From the human T2T-CHM13v2.0 reference genome, Homo sapiens: DNA of 64,000 nucleotides. Positions 41,827-59,900 of the stretch are shown here, one piece after another. The stretch lies in the NCBI RefSeq assembly GCF_009914755.1, contig NC_060927.1. One strand, written 5' to 3'. The stretch's first letter is position 1. The number at the start of each line of letters is the position of its first letter. The translations under genes were made by a program, and so were the position numbers. The notes below the pieces were generated by a model. The model was not told the origin of the DNA, made no database searches, and saw nothing but the letters and a program-made list of their open reading frames with translations.

Positions 41827-44164
41827 CTAATTCACTAATATTATTTGTCTTACATGCATTTTCTTTTCCTAGTGCCTTATTTCCCTAGATAGAAAAAGTA
41901 CTATTGATGATTTTAAATACCTTTGAGTTAGTTAATTTATGTTAATTTGGGTTTTTTGGAGAACATGTTTCCTGAAAGTATACAAGATTTAACATCAAAA
42001 TCTATTTGCTAAGTTTACTAGGAGAAGTCTGTTAGGTTTTGAAATTATCATGGAAGTTTAATAGATGCTGTCGATCATTCACATGTTTAGATGCTTAAAA
42101 AAAAAAAAAAAAGCTAAGTGGGAGCAGTGAATCATAGGAATAACAGTTTGGAGATTACCAGGATCATCCTTAGAGAGATGTAAACCTGGGAAAGGTTCTT
42201 CCCTTTGCCAGCAAGCCATTTTGACGTGTGAGAACAAACACATCAATATCTGTCAGTATGTTGTTACAATTATTGCACATATATTCTAGTTCTTACAGCT
42301 GTTTTGAGAATCTGGTGAAAGCTATGAATCCTTTCCCTGGAAAATGCAAATATATGTATACACACAAATGCTGTGTGCAATATTTGGGGCTTCACAACCT
42401 TTAGAAGACCATGACTCACAAGAATCCACTTTAGTTTCATTTCTGCACATACTTTTCTTCTTTCGTATAACAAAATCTTGGGTAATTTGCTTTGCAAATG
42501 CAACTTGTTAACCAGAACAGCAGAAATGATGTACTCCCACTGAACATAGCCCTACAGTGAGCTTTACCCAAGTGAGCTTCTATGTTCTCTCTTAATCCCA
42601 AATTCTCTCATAGTTGAACCAGTGTCTAGCAAGTATGTTTGTGTGTGCGTGTGTGTGTGTGTGCAAAGATGTAAATAATTTGAGGCTAAGACATATAAGA
42701 CATTTCTTAGCCTTAAGATGTTTACGTGAGAGACATGGCATGTACTTTATTAGGTAAACTATGTTAAATAGCATTTAAAAAGAGATTCAGAAGGGACATT
42801 TCTTTCTGACTGGGGAGGATTCAAGGTAGAGCATTTGAACTGTATCTTCTGAATAGTTGATTTGGATGTTCATATAAAGGGAGGAGAGGCAGATGAAAGA
42901 AACAAACAGCATGAACCAAAGCATAGGCGTCTGTGGGAATAGCAGGTGATTTTAATATAGTTAGTTAGACTCTGGAAGTGGCCAATAAGGTTCATCTTGT
43001 GTTCCACCTCTGACTGGTAATATTTTTGAGTATCAAGTTGAGAAAGATCCTCAGGCTCGTAGGGGCTTCAGGAGAAGGTTGCTGGATTGAACCTTCAGGA
43101 GAGGTTGCTGTGATTGGTGCGTGATATCTGCCACAGGAATATGGGAAATGGCTCTTGATTGAATACATCTTAAAGCCTCACAGAAGCCAAGACTGTGTGC
43201 TCATTGCTGCAACTTCAGTGCCTAGCACAGTGCCTGGCACATGGAAATAGTTCATAAAATATTGGTTGAATGAACGAATATATGCCAATCCTGGTTAGAG
43301 TCACTGGTTTTGTTGGGGGAGGTGATGTTTTGAGCCAGAGTTATACTATTAATTACTAATGAATTATTGGCTATCATGGTTCTGAATTTAATTCTGCCAC
43401 ATGATTTCACAGTGACATGGATGATATGTTAATGAAAATGGGCATGGGCATAGTTGGACTCATTAAGGAAAAAAATCAGGCAGTCTGTCTTTGCAAAGGA
43501 CTGTTAGTGCTGTAGTTTGATATTGACTAAGGAATCCCTACAAGAGTCAGAGACCAAATCTTCCAGCTCAATTTGTTAGTCAAATCAGTAACATTTAATA
43601 TCCTTTCTATATTTTTACTTAATCAGGACAGGAAAATTTCCTCAAATGTCTCTGACTTTTAACAAATGTCAACTTAAACATACGACCACTAACTTCCATT
43701 TTCTGATAACCTCAGTTGTTCTGTATTGAATACGACCTCAGAGAGAAATCAGCTTCAGTCACTGGCTAAGTTTGTGATGGTTCCTCTGAGATCAGGCCTG
43801 GGTACAAGGTTTGAGATTACTTGTAACCATGCTACTAGGTTTTGGCTATACCTGCTGGTGCCCTGGATTAATCCTTGAGAGAAGGGGAGACACTGCCTTA
43901 TTAGTCATCAGAGGCCCTGCACCTAGCACAGTATCTGACACATTGTAGACATTCAATAAATAGTTCCTAAGTTGAATTTAATTTCAACACTTTGTAAAAA
44001 TTTTTTTTCTTGGCATATTTTATTCTTCAGTGTATAAATATTTTTATTATCTACATACAGTTTATGACTTAATCCAGTACTTTTATGCTTCAAGCCTTTG
44101 GAGTCTGTGCAGACCCAGAAACATTGCATGGGTGGCACATTTCTAGGAGGGGTAAGATTGGTTG

Positions 44165-44601
<437 letters not shown>

Positions 44602-45042
44602 TGAGATAGTGCAGCTGCTGAGTGCCCTAGGTTCAAAGTTTCAGTCTTTGGTCGACATTAGTATCTTATGTGAAGCTTGTTAAACATGCAAATACTTAGG
44701 CCCCACCCCAGGTTTCCTGAATCAGAATCTCCAGGATTTTCAGGGCTTCTGGCAGATTATATGTGGTGATTCTAATGCAGTTTTAGTCTAAATTAATTAG
44801 GAAATGCAGACTTTGGAGAGTAGCTGTGGTTGGGCAGTAGCCATATGGTGGTAACAGAATGGGTTTCTGGAATGCGTATGGGGATGAAGTGGCAACTGAT
44901 GAAGATGTGCAGTGTGCCAGGCACGTTGGATCCTATGGTATAGAAACTAGCTTTGAAGATACAATCATGAGTCACCTTATTTTTTTTTCCTGCTTTCAGA
45001 AATCACTTTTCTAAGGTGATTCTGGTGTTTAAGTTTCTCAAG

Positions 45043-46040
<998 letters not shown>

Positions 46041-47610
46041 AACTTAAAACTTACTACACCAGGAAAGAGGATTTATAATAATTTCTGTTATCATTATTTC
46101 TCTTAAAAAATGAGTAAGATTAATATTTCCTTTTTTAAAAAATCATTTTATCATGGTAAGAACATTCTATTTTCTTACGAAATTGTAAAGTGTACAATAA
46201 TAGGGACAATGTTGTACAATAGATCTCTAGAACTTATGAATATTTCTTTCTGAGCAATCCTATAGCCTGTCTTCAGAATCTATGGTATCTTTTACATATT
46301 ATTATTGATCTAATGTATGGTAAAATATCTCTATTTCATTTATTAGCTATAATACTAAACATTGACCAGGCAACTCATTTACCATTGATAAACTTTAAGA
46401 GAAACAAAAATATTTATTGAGCTGTAACTAAAAAATTATGATAATGATTAAAAGAGCTTTAAGTATCCTAAACTTCCAACAAAGCTTTTATAATTGTCTC
46501 TTGTCATTTTGCTCCCTGGTACACATGTGAATGAATCTGCTGCTCTTCACCTTGGATCACACTACCTAGAGCTGTGTGAGAAGCAACATGATCCCAAATC
46601 AAATTAAAATCCTATGCTTTACGGCATCTGATCTTGGAATGATAACAGTAGAGGAGTTAGTCACTGAAAACTGCAAATGTTTAAAAGTCAAGGGTCAAAT
46701 CCAGTTTCATACAATAACAATTGATTCCACTTTGCTAAAACTCAATTGAAATAGACTGTTTTAACTCTAGATATTATCTTTTTAAGTGATAGGATTCTGG
46801 CTTTTGCTCCAGAAATAAAGACTTCAGCAGCTCTGGGAACTTGGTAGTTGGATCCAGCATGTGTTTACCTGTTGGATCAGCATAGTTCCTGTAGGCTTGA
46901 CAATTGGGACAAATTTCAGATTGTGAAACAACACTAGATTCCTTAGCTTAATTGATCTGGGGTTTAAGTTTCAAATTACTATTTATTTTTATTAATTCAA
47001 TTCATGGTATCTTAATTCACATGGCCTGCTCTCCCTATTTGCAGCCAAACATCTCTCAGGTAGTACTTTAATTTCAAGTGATTGTGTAAGACTGTAGGGT
47101 ACTTCCTGATTGGCCTTCGTGGAAGCCCCAGGTGTCGACTGGTCTGGAGGCGAACTGCTATTTTCTTCCAGCACTCTAGGGTTAGTTTTGGTGTTTGCCT
47201 CAGTGGGAGTGTGTCCAGTGAGAGTCTGCTTTTCTGAATTGGTGCCAGAGGTGTTTTTTTTTTTTACATTAGATATCATTTTTCTTTTGTCTTTAAAAAA
47301 GGTATCCTTTTCTTTTTGCTCCCAAGAAGTATTCCTTCCAGAATATTTTAAAATTTTCAAAAAATTCTCCTTTTTAGGCTCTCACAGATATGGAAGAATT
47401 GGTCGTCTTCAGGATAGCAATTTTGTCTTGTGTAACTTCTTACACCAGGAAATTCAAAATATATCATTTGGGATATATTTGAATATATCCCAATATATAT
47501 TTTGAAAAATATATCAAAGGAAAATTCAAAATATATCATTTGGGAAAACAAGTAAGCATTTGGATGGTGCCTCTACTCAAAATATTCCTGGAAAATTTTT
47601 TTAAAGATAA

Positions 47611-47730
47611 ATTTTTAGCCAGGTGTGGTGGCACATGCCTGTAGTGTCTGCTACTTGGAGGCTGAGGTGGGAGGACTGTTTGGGCCTCCAGTGTTCCGGG
47701 CTGCAGTGAGCCATCCATGATCCTGCCAAT
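47611..47730 (+). mobile_element. Alu right-monomer fragment
   Basis: ttagccaggtgtggtggcacatgcctgtag...gctgcagtgagcc. Confidence 0.8.
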
Positions 47731-48799
47731 GTGGTGTAATAAGAAGATGTATAGACAGAAGTTTAATTTACACAGGTTATTAATTTCTATACACATTCTA
47801 ATCATACAGGCTAATGAGGTACGTCATTTAAAGTGCAGGATTTATAGACAGCTGACAAGTTTTTCTTTTATGACATTATTCTATTTCCCTATCTATATAA
47901 ATCAATCAGTTTTGTTTCTTCCCTCAGCTAAAGTTATATCAAATTTGTTATCAAGGTCAAAATGTCTATTAATCAGTTAATAGGGTAGCTAAAAAAAGTC
48001 TGTTAATTTTTTTTTTTTCTATTTTCTCCGCCACCACCCACATCTAGGTTTTCAAGGCTTTATTCTTGGATTACCACAATAGACAGGAACCTGACTTTTT
48101 ATTATGGAAACATTCAAACACACATACAAGTAGGCAGAATAGTATATTGAACACATACATCTATCATGAAACTTCATCAATTATAAACATTTTGCCATTT
48201 TTGTTTCCTCTTGCCCCCATATTTTGTTCTAGAATAAGTTAAAGCCCACTCCAAGCATTATAGATTGTCAGTAAGAGTCGCTAACAGATAAGTAACTTGT
48301 GTCCCCAGTAAATAGCTTTCTAATTATTCTTCCTCCAATCTTCCTGCTTTTCTTACCAATCTCAAAATTTCCACTACTTGGCATACTGTTAAAGAAACAG
48401 AGAAAGTTTTTCAAAGGCTCAATGCTGCCTGTTGAATCAGATGCAAACTCTTGTCCTGGTTTACAAAGCTATGTTGACCTTAGCTTGACCCTGCCTGTCT
48501 AATCTCATCTCATTTTTCCCCAGTGGGCTATCAGGTGGGTCTCTTCACTGTATCAGCTGATGCTCTGTTTATTCCTGTCTCTTGTCATGTCCTCACCTCC
48601 CCAAATTCTGTGCATCCTAGAAAGCCCTGCTTGGGTGCCACTTTCTCTATTAAGCTTTTTCCAGCTCTTACTGACTGCTCCTTTCCCTGAACTCCTGGGA
48701 TTAAAACACAATTCCTCTAACTTTCATATCTGGTATTTTCTGTCATATTCCAGACTTAATTATTGCAATCAGGAAAGTGAGCTCTAAATCTGAATTATC

Positions 48800-49205
48800 T
48801 CTTCCTTGCTTCCTTTTTTCCTTTCTTCCAACCCTTCTCTCTCCTCTCTCCTTCCTTCCTTCCTTCCTTCTCTTTCTTTCCTTTCTTTCTGCTCCCCTGT
48901 CCCCCTCCCCCTCCCCTTCTTCCCTCCCTCTCCCCTCCCCTCTCTTTGTCACACTCTATCATCCAGGCTGGAGTGCAGTGCATGATCATAGCTCACTGCA
49001 GCTTTGACCTCCCGGGGTCAAGTGATTCTCCCTCCTCAGCCTCCTGAGTAGCTGGGACTACAGGTGCACACTACCATGCCCGGCTAATTTATTCTTGTTG
49101 TAAAGATGGGGGTCTCACTATATTGCCCAGGCCAGACTCCTGGCCTCAACCAATGCTCCCTTTTCAGCCTCCCAAAGTGCTGAGATTACAGGTGTGTGCC
49201 ACTGC
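48800..49205 (-). mobile_element. Alu (AluJ-like) with CT-rich low-complexity tail
   Basis: Pyrimidine-rich tract 48800-48945 then antisense Alu. Confidence 0.85.
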
Positions 49206-49306
49206 AGCATTTACTTTTTAAATACAACTTTAAAATGTCTGGGTGAGTGGTATTTTTGAGGACACGAAGAAGGTGAGTGGTGCTGGATAGAATCTAGCAT
49301 TGGAAT

Positions 49307-49890
49307 CGTAGGCAGAATTCTAAGATGGTCCTAGGGCTATCTTTGCCTCAGATGTTACTCCTGTGATTCTGTTAGGTTACATTGCAAAAGTGATTTTGCA
49401 AAGGTAAATAAAGTAATTATTAACCAGCTGACCTTAAGATAGGGAAACTACTCATCTAATCACACGGGCCCTTTAAAAGCGGAGTGTTTTCTTTGGCTGG
49501 AGGCAGAAGAGGAAATCTTAGAGATTCCAAGCCTGAGAAGGACTCAACCCACAATTACTGGCTTTGAGGATGGAGCAAGGGGGCAATGAGCCAAGGAATA
49601 CAGGTATTTTGTAAATATCCAAACAGAAAATGGAATCTCAGGCCTACATCCACAGGGAATTGACTTCTGCCAACAACCTGATTAAGCTTAGAAGCAGATT
49701 CTTGCTCAGAGCCTCCAGATAAGAGCCCAGCCCTGCTGACACCTTGAGTTTGGCGTTGTGTTACTTCATGCAGAGTCAAGCCAACCCCGCCCAGACTCTG
49801 ACCTGCTGAACTGTGAGATAACACATGGGTGGTGTTCTGAGCTGCTAAATTTAGGGGTAATTTGTTACACAGCAATAGAAAGTTAATACA
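49307..49890 (+). mobile_element. MLT1D/E-like LTR
   Basis: ggcagaattctaagatgg...ggtaatttgttacacagcaatagaaagttaataca. Confidence 0.8.
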
Positions 49891-50004
49891 ATATATAACA
49901 CAGGGTTTGAGCTTATAGTGCAATTTTATGCATTTCCTGCTATTTTAATTAAGGCTCCAAATCAGCAAGAGAGGTTTTCCAATAAATGGGGGCACTGGTC
50001 TTAG

Positions 50005-50407
<403 letters not shown>

Positions 50408-50596
50408 TGGAAAATTTCAAGGAAAGGAAAGTGTAGCTTCCCTATTGCCAGTGTTTTCAAAAGAATCTATAAAAGGGTCCTGGAGCAGGAGAAGGTGATT
50501 AGGACAGCATATCTGACCAGTAGTAGCATCAGCTTACTGTGTTGCCAGACTCTAGCCATTTACCTCTACTGTGAGAGGGGGGCATATTTTGTAGGG

Positions 50597-50897
50597 CAGC
50601 GGTCTCCAACCTTTTTGGCCCAGGGACCAGTTTCATGGAAGACAGTTTTTCCATGGATGGGCTGTGGGTGGGTGGATGATTTCAGGATGAAACTGTTCCA
50701 CCTCAGATCATCAGGCATTAGATTCACATAAGGAGGACACAACCTAGATTCCTTGCATGCACAGTTCACAATAGGGTTCACGGTTCTGTGAGAATCTAAT
50801 GCCAGAGGCTGATCTGACAGGAGGCAGAGGTCAGGCGGTAATGCTGGCTCGCCCATCGCTGGTACCGGTTCATGGCGCTGGAGTTGGGGAACCCTGC
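50597..50897. mobile_element. MER1-like hAT MITE
   Basis: cagcggtctccaacctttttggc...aaactgttccacctcagatcatcaggcattagatt...gttggggaaccctg. Confidence 0.85.
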
Positions 50898-51279
50898 TGT
50901 AGGGAAAGAACCCCTTAGCTCTGCAGCAGCCACGATTTCAGATGGTACAACTTGTTTAAAATAAATAGACACACTCACTTCAGAGACTGGTCAAGAAATA
51001 GTTGCCGAGAGCTCTTGGAACCAAGATGAGAACTTACATTACAGTTTCTTCTGCAGCCTAGGATCACAGATGACGGGCAGGGGCTTTATTAGTTTAACCG
51101 GCATCTATTTCTCCAGTCGTGCACACAGAAATGAATGAATGATTAGACATTCATTTGGGGTGCCTTTGTGTGATTCATAAATAACTTGTTCCTTATAAAA
51201 TTTATTGCTGAATGACTCATTAAAGAATTATGATGAAGATAATAAGGCTCCTAATTTAAAGGGTTATGCAAGTGTTCTT

Positions 51280-54560
<3,281 letters not shown>

Positions 54561-54956
54561 TGCAAGATGTGTTCTTAAAGATTAAATTATGTAAACAGAA
54601 ACGGATTTACCAAAGAGGGGGCCCAAAGATTCTGTTTGGGCTGAAAAAGCATTTATAATAGTCATGAGTCCCATCCTATGACTCAGACACTGACTCCATT
54701 CATAGGAAGTTAGTATAGTGGAGTAGAGTGTAGTTTCTCTGCGTTATTTCTAAAAATTGAGTCTAACAGCCATCTCCCCTCTCTAGGAAACAAAAAGAAG
54801 GTTTCTAAAAATAATAGTAGTAATAATAACTTACTATTATTATATACTTAATGTTCTAGGTTCTGTCTCTAAGGCTTTATATTTATTAACCAATTCTTTA
54901 TAATAAATCAATTACCAATTAACTACTAGTTAGTACCTGAACATGATTAATTACTA

Positions 54957-55193
<237 letters not shown>

Positions 55194-58100
55194 TTATATA
55201 GCATAAAGGATTCTAGAAACTCAAATTATATTAACCTGCATCGTAAATTTGTGAGGGAATTTGTGAGCACATGTGGGTATGTGAGAACTCCTACCTCGGG
55301 GTCTTTCCGAATGTTCTTTCCCTTGAGCACAACCTCTTCCCTGTCAATCAACTGAAATGTATAATTCAGAATTTAGCTTCAATATTACTACTTCCAGGAA
55401 GTTTGTTACATGCTTTCATAACATGTATTTTTTTAAATCACAATTGTAATTGAATTTACATAAATATTTATTTAATGGATGTCTTTTCCACTAGACTGTA
55501 GGCTCCATGAAACCCATTTCCTACCATGTATCCAGCACCTAGCACAGTTTTTGACATGGCGTATGTGTTCAGTAAGTATTTGTTAAATAAATGAAGGAAT
55601 GTCAAAGAGTGAGTAGGCCTCCTGTCTCAGATTCCTATGAACTTGATTTATTATTGAGGATTGTCTATTTTTTGCCTTTCTCTCCTATTTAAAAAAATTA
55701 CATACAGTAAAATGTATTCTTTTTGGTGTATAGGTCTATGAGTTTTTACAAAAATCTAGAGTCATGTCACCACAATCAAGATATAGAACAGTTTCATGTC
55801 CCTCCGCTCCCCACCAAAAAATTCCCTCTCGATAACTTTTGTAGTCAAACCCCCAACCTTCAACTGCCGGCAACCATAGAGAATTGTTTATTTTACATTA
55901 CCTTGGACTCTTCTTTTCTTTTCCATCCTGCTTGGCCTGTATTTCAGCTATCTTACTGCTCAGTAACACTTCTAAATATCAGAGATGTGAAATCGAATTT
56001 AGACTGCTGTCTTAGCATTTATGCCCTACGTGGAATCATTTGAACAAATAATTTGACTACTTGGAAGAATCAGAAGAGGGACACTAGGTCAGCTGAGCTT
56101 TGGTGAATGGCCTGTTATTTCTACTCTGAATTATATCTACTCGGAACAGCTCTAACATCTGTACACATCTCTATTTCAGTATTCCTGCCTTAATTCAGGC
56201 TTTATGATCCTGTCCAGATCATTGCAATGGTCTCTATCCTGGTTTTTCCGTGCCTCTAATATCTCTTTTCTTATATTCAGTATCAGCTCTAAGACTTTTA
56301 AAGTTCTTCACTGGTGTCCCATTGAGCCTTACTTAGCACCTAGCATATCATTTACAGCTTCTCATGAGGAGTTGCTTTTTTAGAATCATCCTCATTAGGT
56401 CTTATCGCTTGCAGTCTGTGATGTTCCAGTTGTCCCAAATTATTTCATTTTTCCAAAGGTGCCATGTATTTCACGACTGAGGCTTTTGTTCATGCTTCCC
56501 TGAAAGTTTCTATTCACTTTATCCGCCAGTGAACACCTACTCATTATTGAAGACTTGACACAGGCTATCTCCTGCTTTCTTTCCAAAGACCACTTGAATA
56601 TTCCCTCTTTTGTTCCCACAGTTACCTGTCCATCCACCTGCTATAACACCCATAATTCCTTATTGCTAACCTATGTTCACATATTTGTCTCCTACCTACA
56701 AGAATCAAAGCTCTTTGGGGTAAGTCTGTCTATTCATCTTTGAATCCCCAGTGCCTAGAACAGTAACTGCTGTATAGTAAGTATGTGATCAATAAACATT
56801 TGCTGAATGCATCAATGAATACAGTTCTTACTGCATTTTTAGCTGAACACTTTAATAATTTTCATAAGCTTATTTTAAATGTGTATCTTTTTGGTGTTTT
56901 AGAAAATATTTGATCAAGGACTCTCCCATTTTCATGAGACACTGACGATCCTATTTTTCATGGCCACATGAAGTTCTCTCCAGCTTTCGGTCAGACACTA
57001 TGCATTTACCTTTGTGTGACCTGGTCAGCTGGCACTACTTCAACTGGGCTTACCCGTGGCTGTCTGCTTGCGTATAGAAACTCAACTTGCAACTGTGGAA
57101 GTGAAAAAGGGAAAAACATGCGATGCTGAAAATGAATATGAATTTCCCATTAGTTGCTAACTGTCTTTGAACTTCCTCTCCATCGAGGCTCAGAGTATAA
57201 AGAGTAAACTCGGGCCTCGCCTGGCTACAGGACACACTGTGATTCAGATCTTTATCTGTTGTGGTCAGTGCCATTTTGAACTCTCACCCTAGGGATCTTA
57301 GTCCCAAGCTTTTTGTGTTCATCGTATTTACCATGGAAATGGAGATTTAGTTCTTCCTTGTGAAAGTGAAGATATTACATTCTGTAAATATATTCTGCCT
57401 TTAATCTTTTTTGTTGACATAAAAAAGAGTATTCTGCCCAACTAGTTTTGTCATTTTATTGCAAGCCCCCCCCCCGCACCAACCCCGAAAACAAACTAAT
57501 GCTGACATAGGATATGATTCTTATTGATGAAGTAACCACATTTGTGACCAGCCGGCTCTTGGTTGGCCAGGAGTGAGGGCAGGTGGGGAAGGGAGGAAAT
57601 TGTCTATATCTTCATCTCATCTGGCCAGGCATAGGGTCTGAGTTGGAATCTGCCCCTTGTTGAATGCTCACAAGTATGAGCTTGGAGCTCTCTGGAAAGG
57701 AAACTGCCATCTCTTAGGGCAATTAGATAGTCTGGGAGAGATCCAAGTTGTGAAGAAAATGTTTAGTGCCTTAGCACCATGAATTACACCATGATTTTGA
57801 ATGATTGTACCACCAATTTAGGCTGAAGCAATATTTCTCTAATTTGCATTTTTATTAGGATCAACTAGGAAGCTTGTTAAAACAGATATCCCTGGTTTCT
57901 ACAGGAAATTCTGTAGATTCTGGTTCAGCAGACTTGGAGTGAACTCTGGGAAAGTATGTTTTTAACAATTTCCCGAGGTGATCCTGTTGCACGAAGACAG
58001 AAAACTGTCTTTTTTTCTAGGATTGTTGGAGATGAGCAGGGCAATGTGATCATTATGAAAGGAGCCCTTAGTGTTCTGAATTTATTGATATCCCAATGTA

Positions 58101-59070
58101 CTTTTGTAAAAACAGGTTCTACAAACTGGGGCTTTCTGATCCAAACCTCATCTATTTTCAATATCTGAAAGTCCAGTTGATCTTGTGGAAAATACCCATG
58201 AGCAGAAAGCAAAGGTGGCACCCGAGAAGGAGTTGCAGTCTTGTTCAGTGAAATTTAAGGGTAGATTTTTCAACTTATTCCTGACGTTTCTCCTCAGGCT
58301 GTAGACTATGGAGTGAGTTGAGTTAGCATCATGGCACCCTCCTGCTATGACTCATATAATTGTTATAAGGGTAGTGCCAACCTAAAGTTTGGGCATATTT
58401 GACATGGTGGTAGTACAAATAGAGTGGAGGCAGAGCCGGGATAAAAGATGCACAGCTACTTGAAGAAATGAGTGGATATATTGATATGCTGTCTCTGACC
58501 CTGCTTTCTGCTGTGAGTTGAATTCCAAAAAGTTGGTTCAGTCCTCCAGGTTTGGTGCAGGTCTCCAAAAGGTAGATTTGGTCTCAATGTTTGTAGCATT
58601 TTTCTGTTGTATAAGCTCTGGAATTAGGGGTGTCCAGGGAAAGGGCAAGGGAATGGAATGGTGAAACTTGAGGATTTTTCCTTAAATTTAATTAAATAAA
58701 ATCTTATATAACATTCCTGAGAAGCATGACATTTTCAGAGAACTTTTAACCAGCCATTTCTTGGATGCTATTTTGATCTTGGGAAACTTGGGCTAGGAGG
58801 GTACACCCAAACCTTGTGGCAGACTCCAGAAATGCTTTAGGATGTCTCAGTAACCCAGATGTTATATCTATAGAAGGACTGGGTATTGCTGTGGTTTCTT
58901 TTTGAAGGAAGGATTTCATGAAACCATCAAGAGCGATTTTCTACATACTATATCCTCATTCCTGGGGCTGAATAAGTTATTAGAAATAGTACTGTTCTTA
59001 AAATAATGTGATATAATTACTTTTAGGTTTGGAAACCTAGAAAAGGGTACCAAAAATCAGGGAGTTATGA

Positions 59071-59385
<315 letters not shown>

Positions 59386-59838
59386 GGAACTTTAGAGGTC
59401 TTGGGTTCAACCTCCTGAAATCACCTTTGTCTTTCTCTTTCAAGTCTTTGCCTGGTTTCATACTGATAGACAATATAAGCCAATGCTACACTTCTCTACT
59501 AAGTCACTAAAATTTACAGGGGATGGGCAAGGACCTTTGATCCGCCCTTTGTCTCTCTGGAGTGCAATGCTCCAACACTTACCATCACCGACATCAGAGT
59601 TTGACTCAAGTTTTGTTTGTTTTTTTGTTTTGCCAAGAATCACTTGGGTAGAACTCCTGACACAGTCTCTTTTGTCTGAGAAACAGTGTTGGCATTGAAG
59701 CCAGACACAGCAGTAAAAATTTCCTAGTTGTTTGACTTTAAGTATGTAATTCAATCTGTCAAGCCTTTGTGTTCTCACCTGTGAAATGTTATCACTGATA
59801 ACTTGCACGAATTGAATAATAATATATATGTAAAATAT

Positions 59839-59900
59839 CTGGTATACAATAAAGACAATAAGTTATATCCCTGGTATACAATAAAGACAATAAGTTATAT
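59839..59900. repeat. Perfect 30-bp direct duplication
   Basis: ctggtatacaataaagacaataagttatat at 59839-59868 and 59871-59900. Confidence 0.95.
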
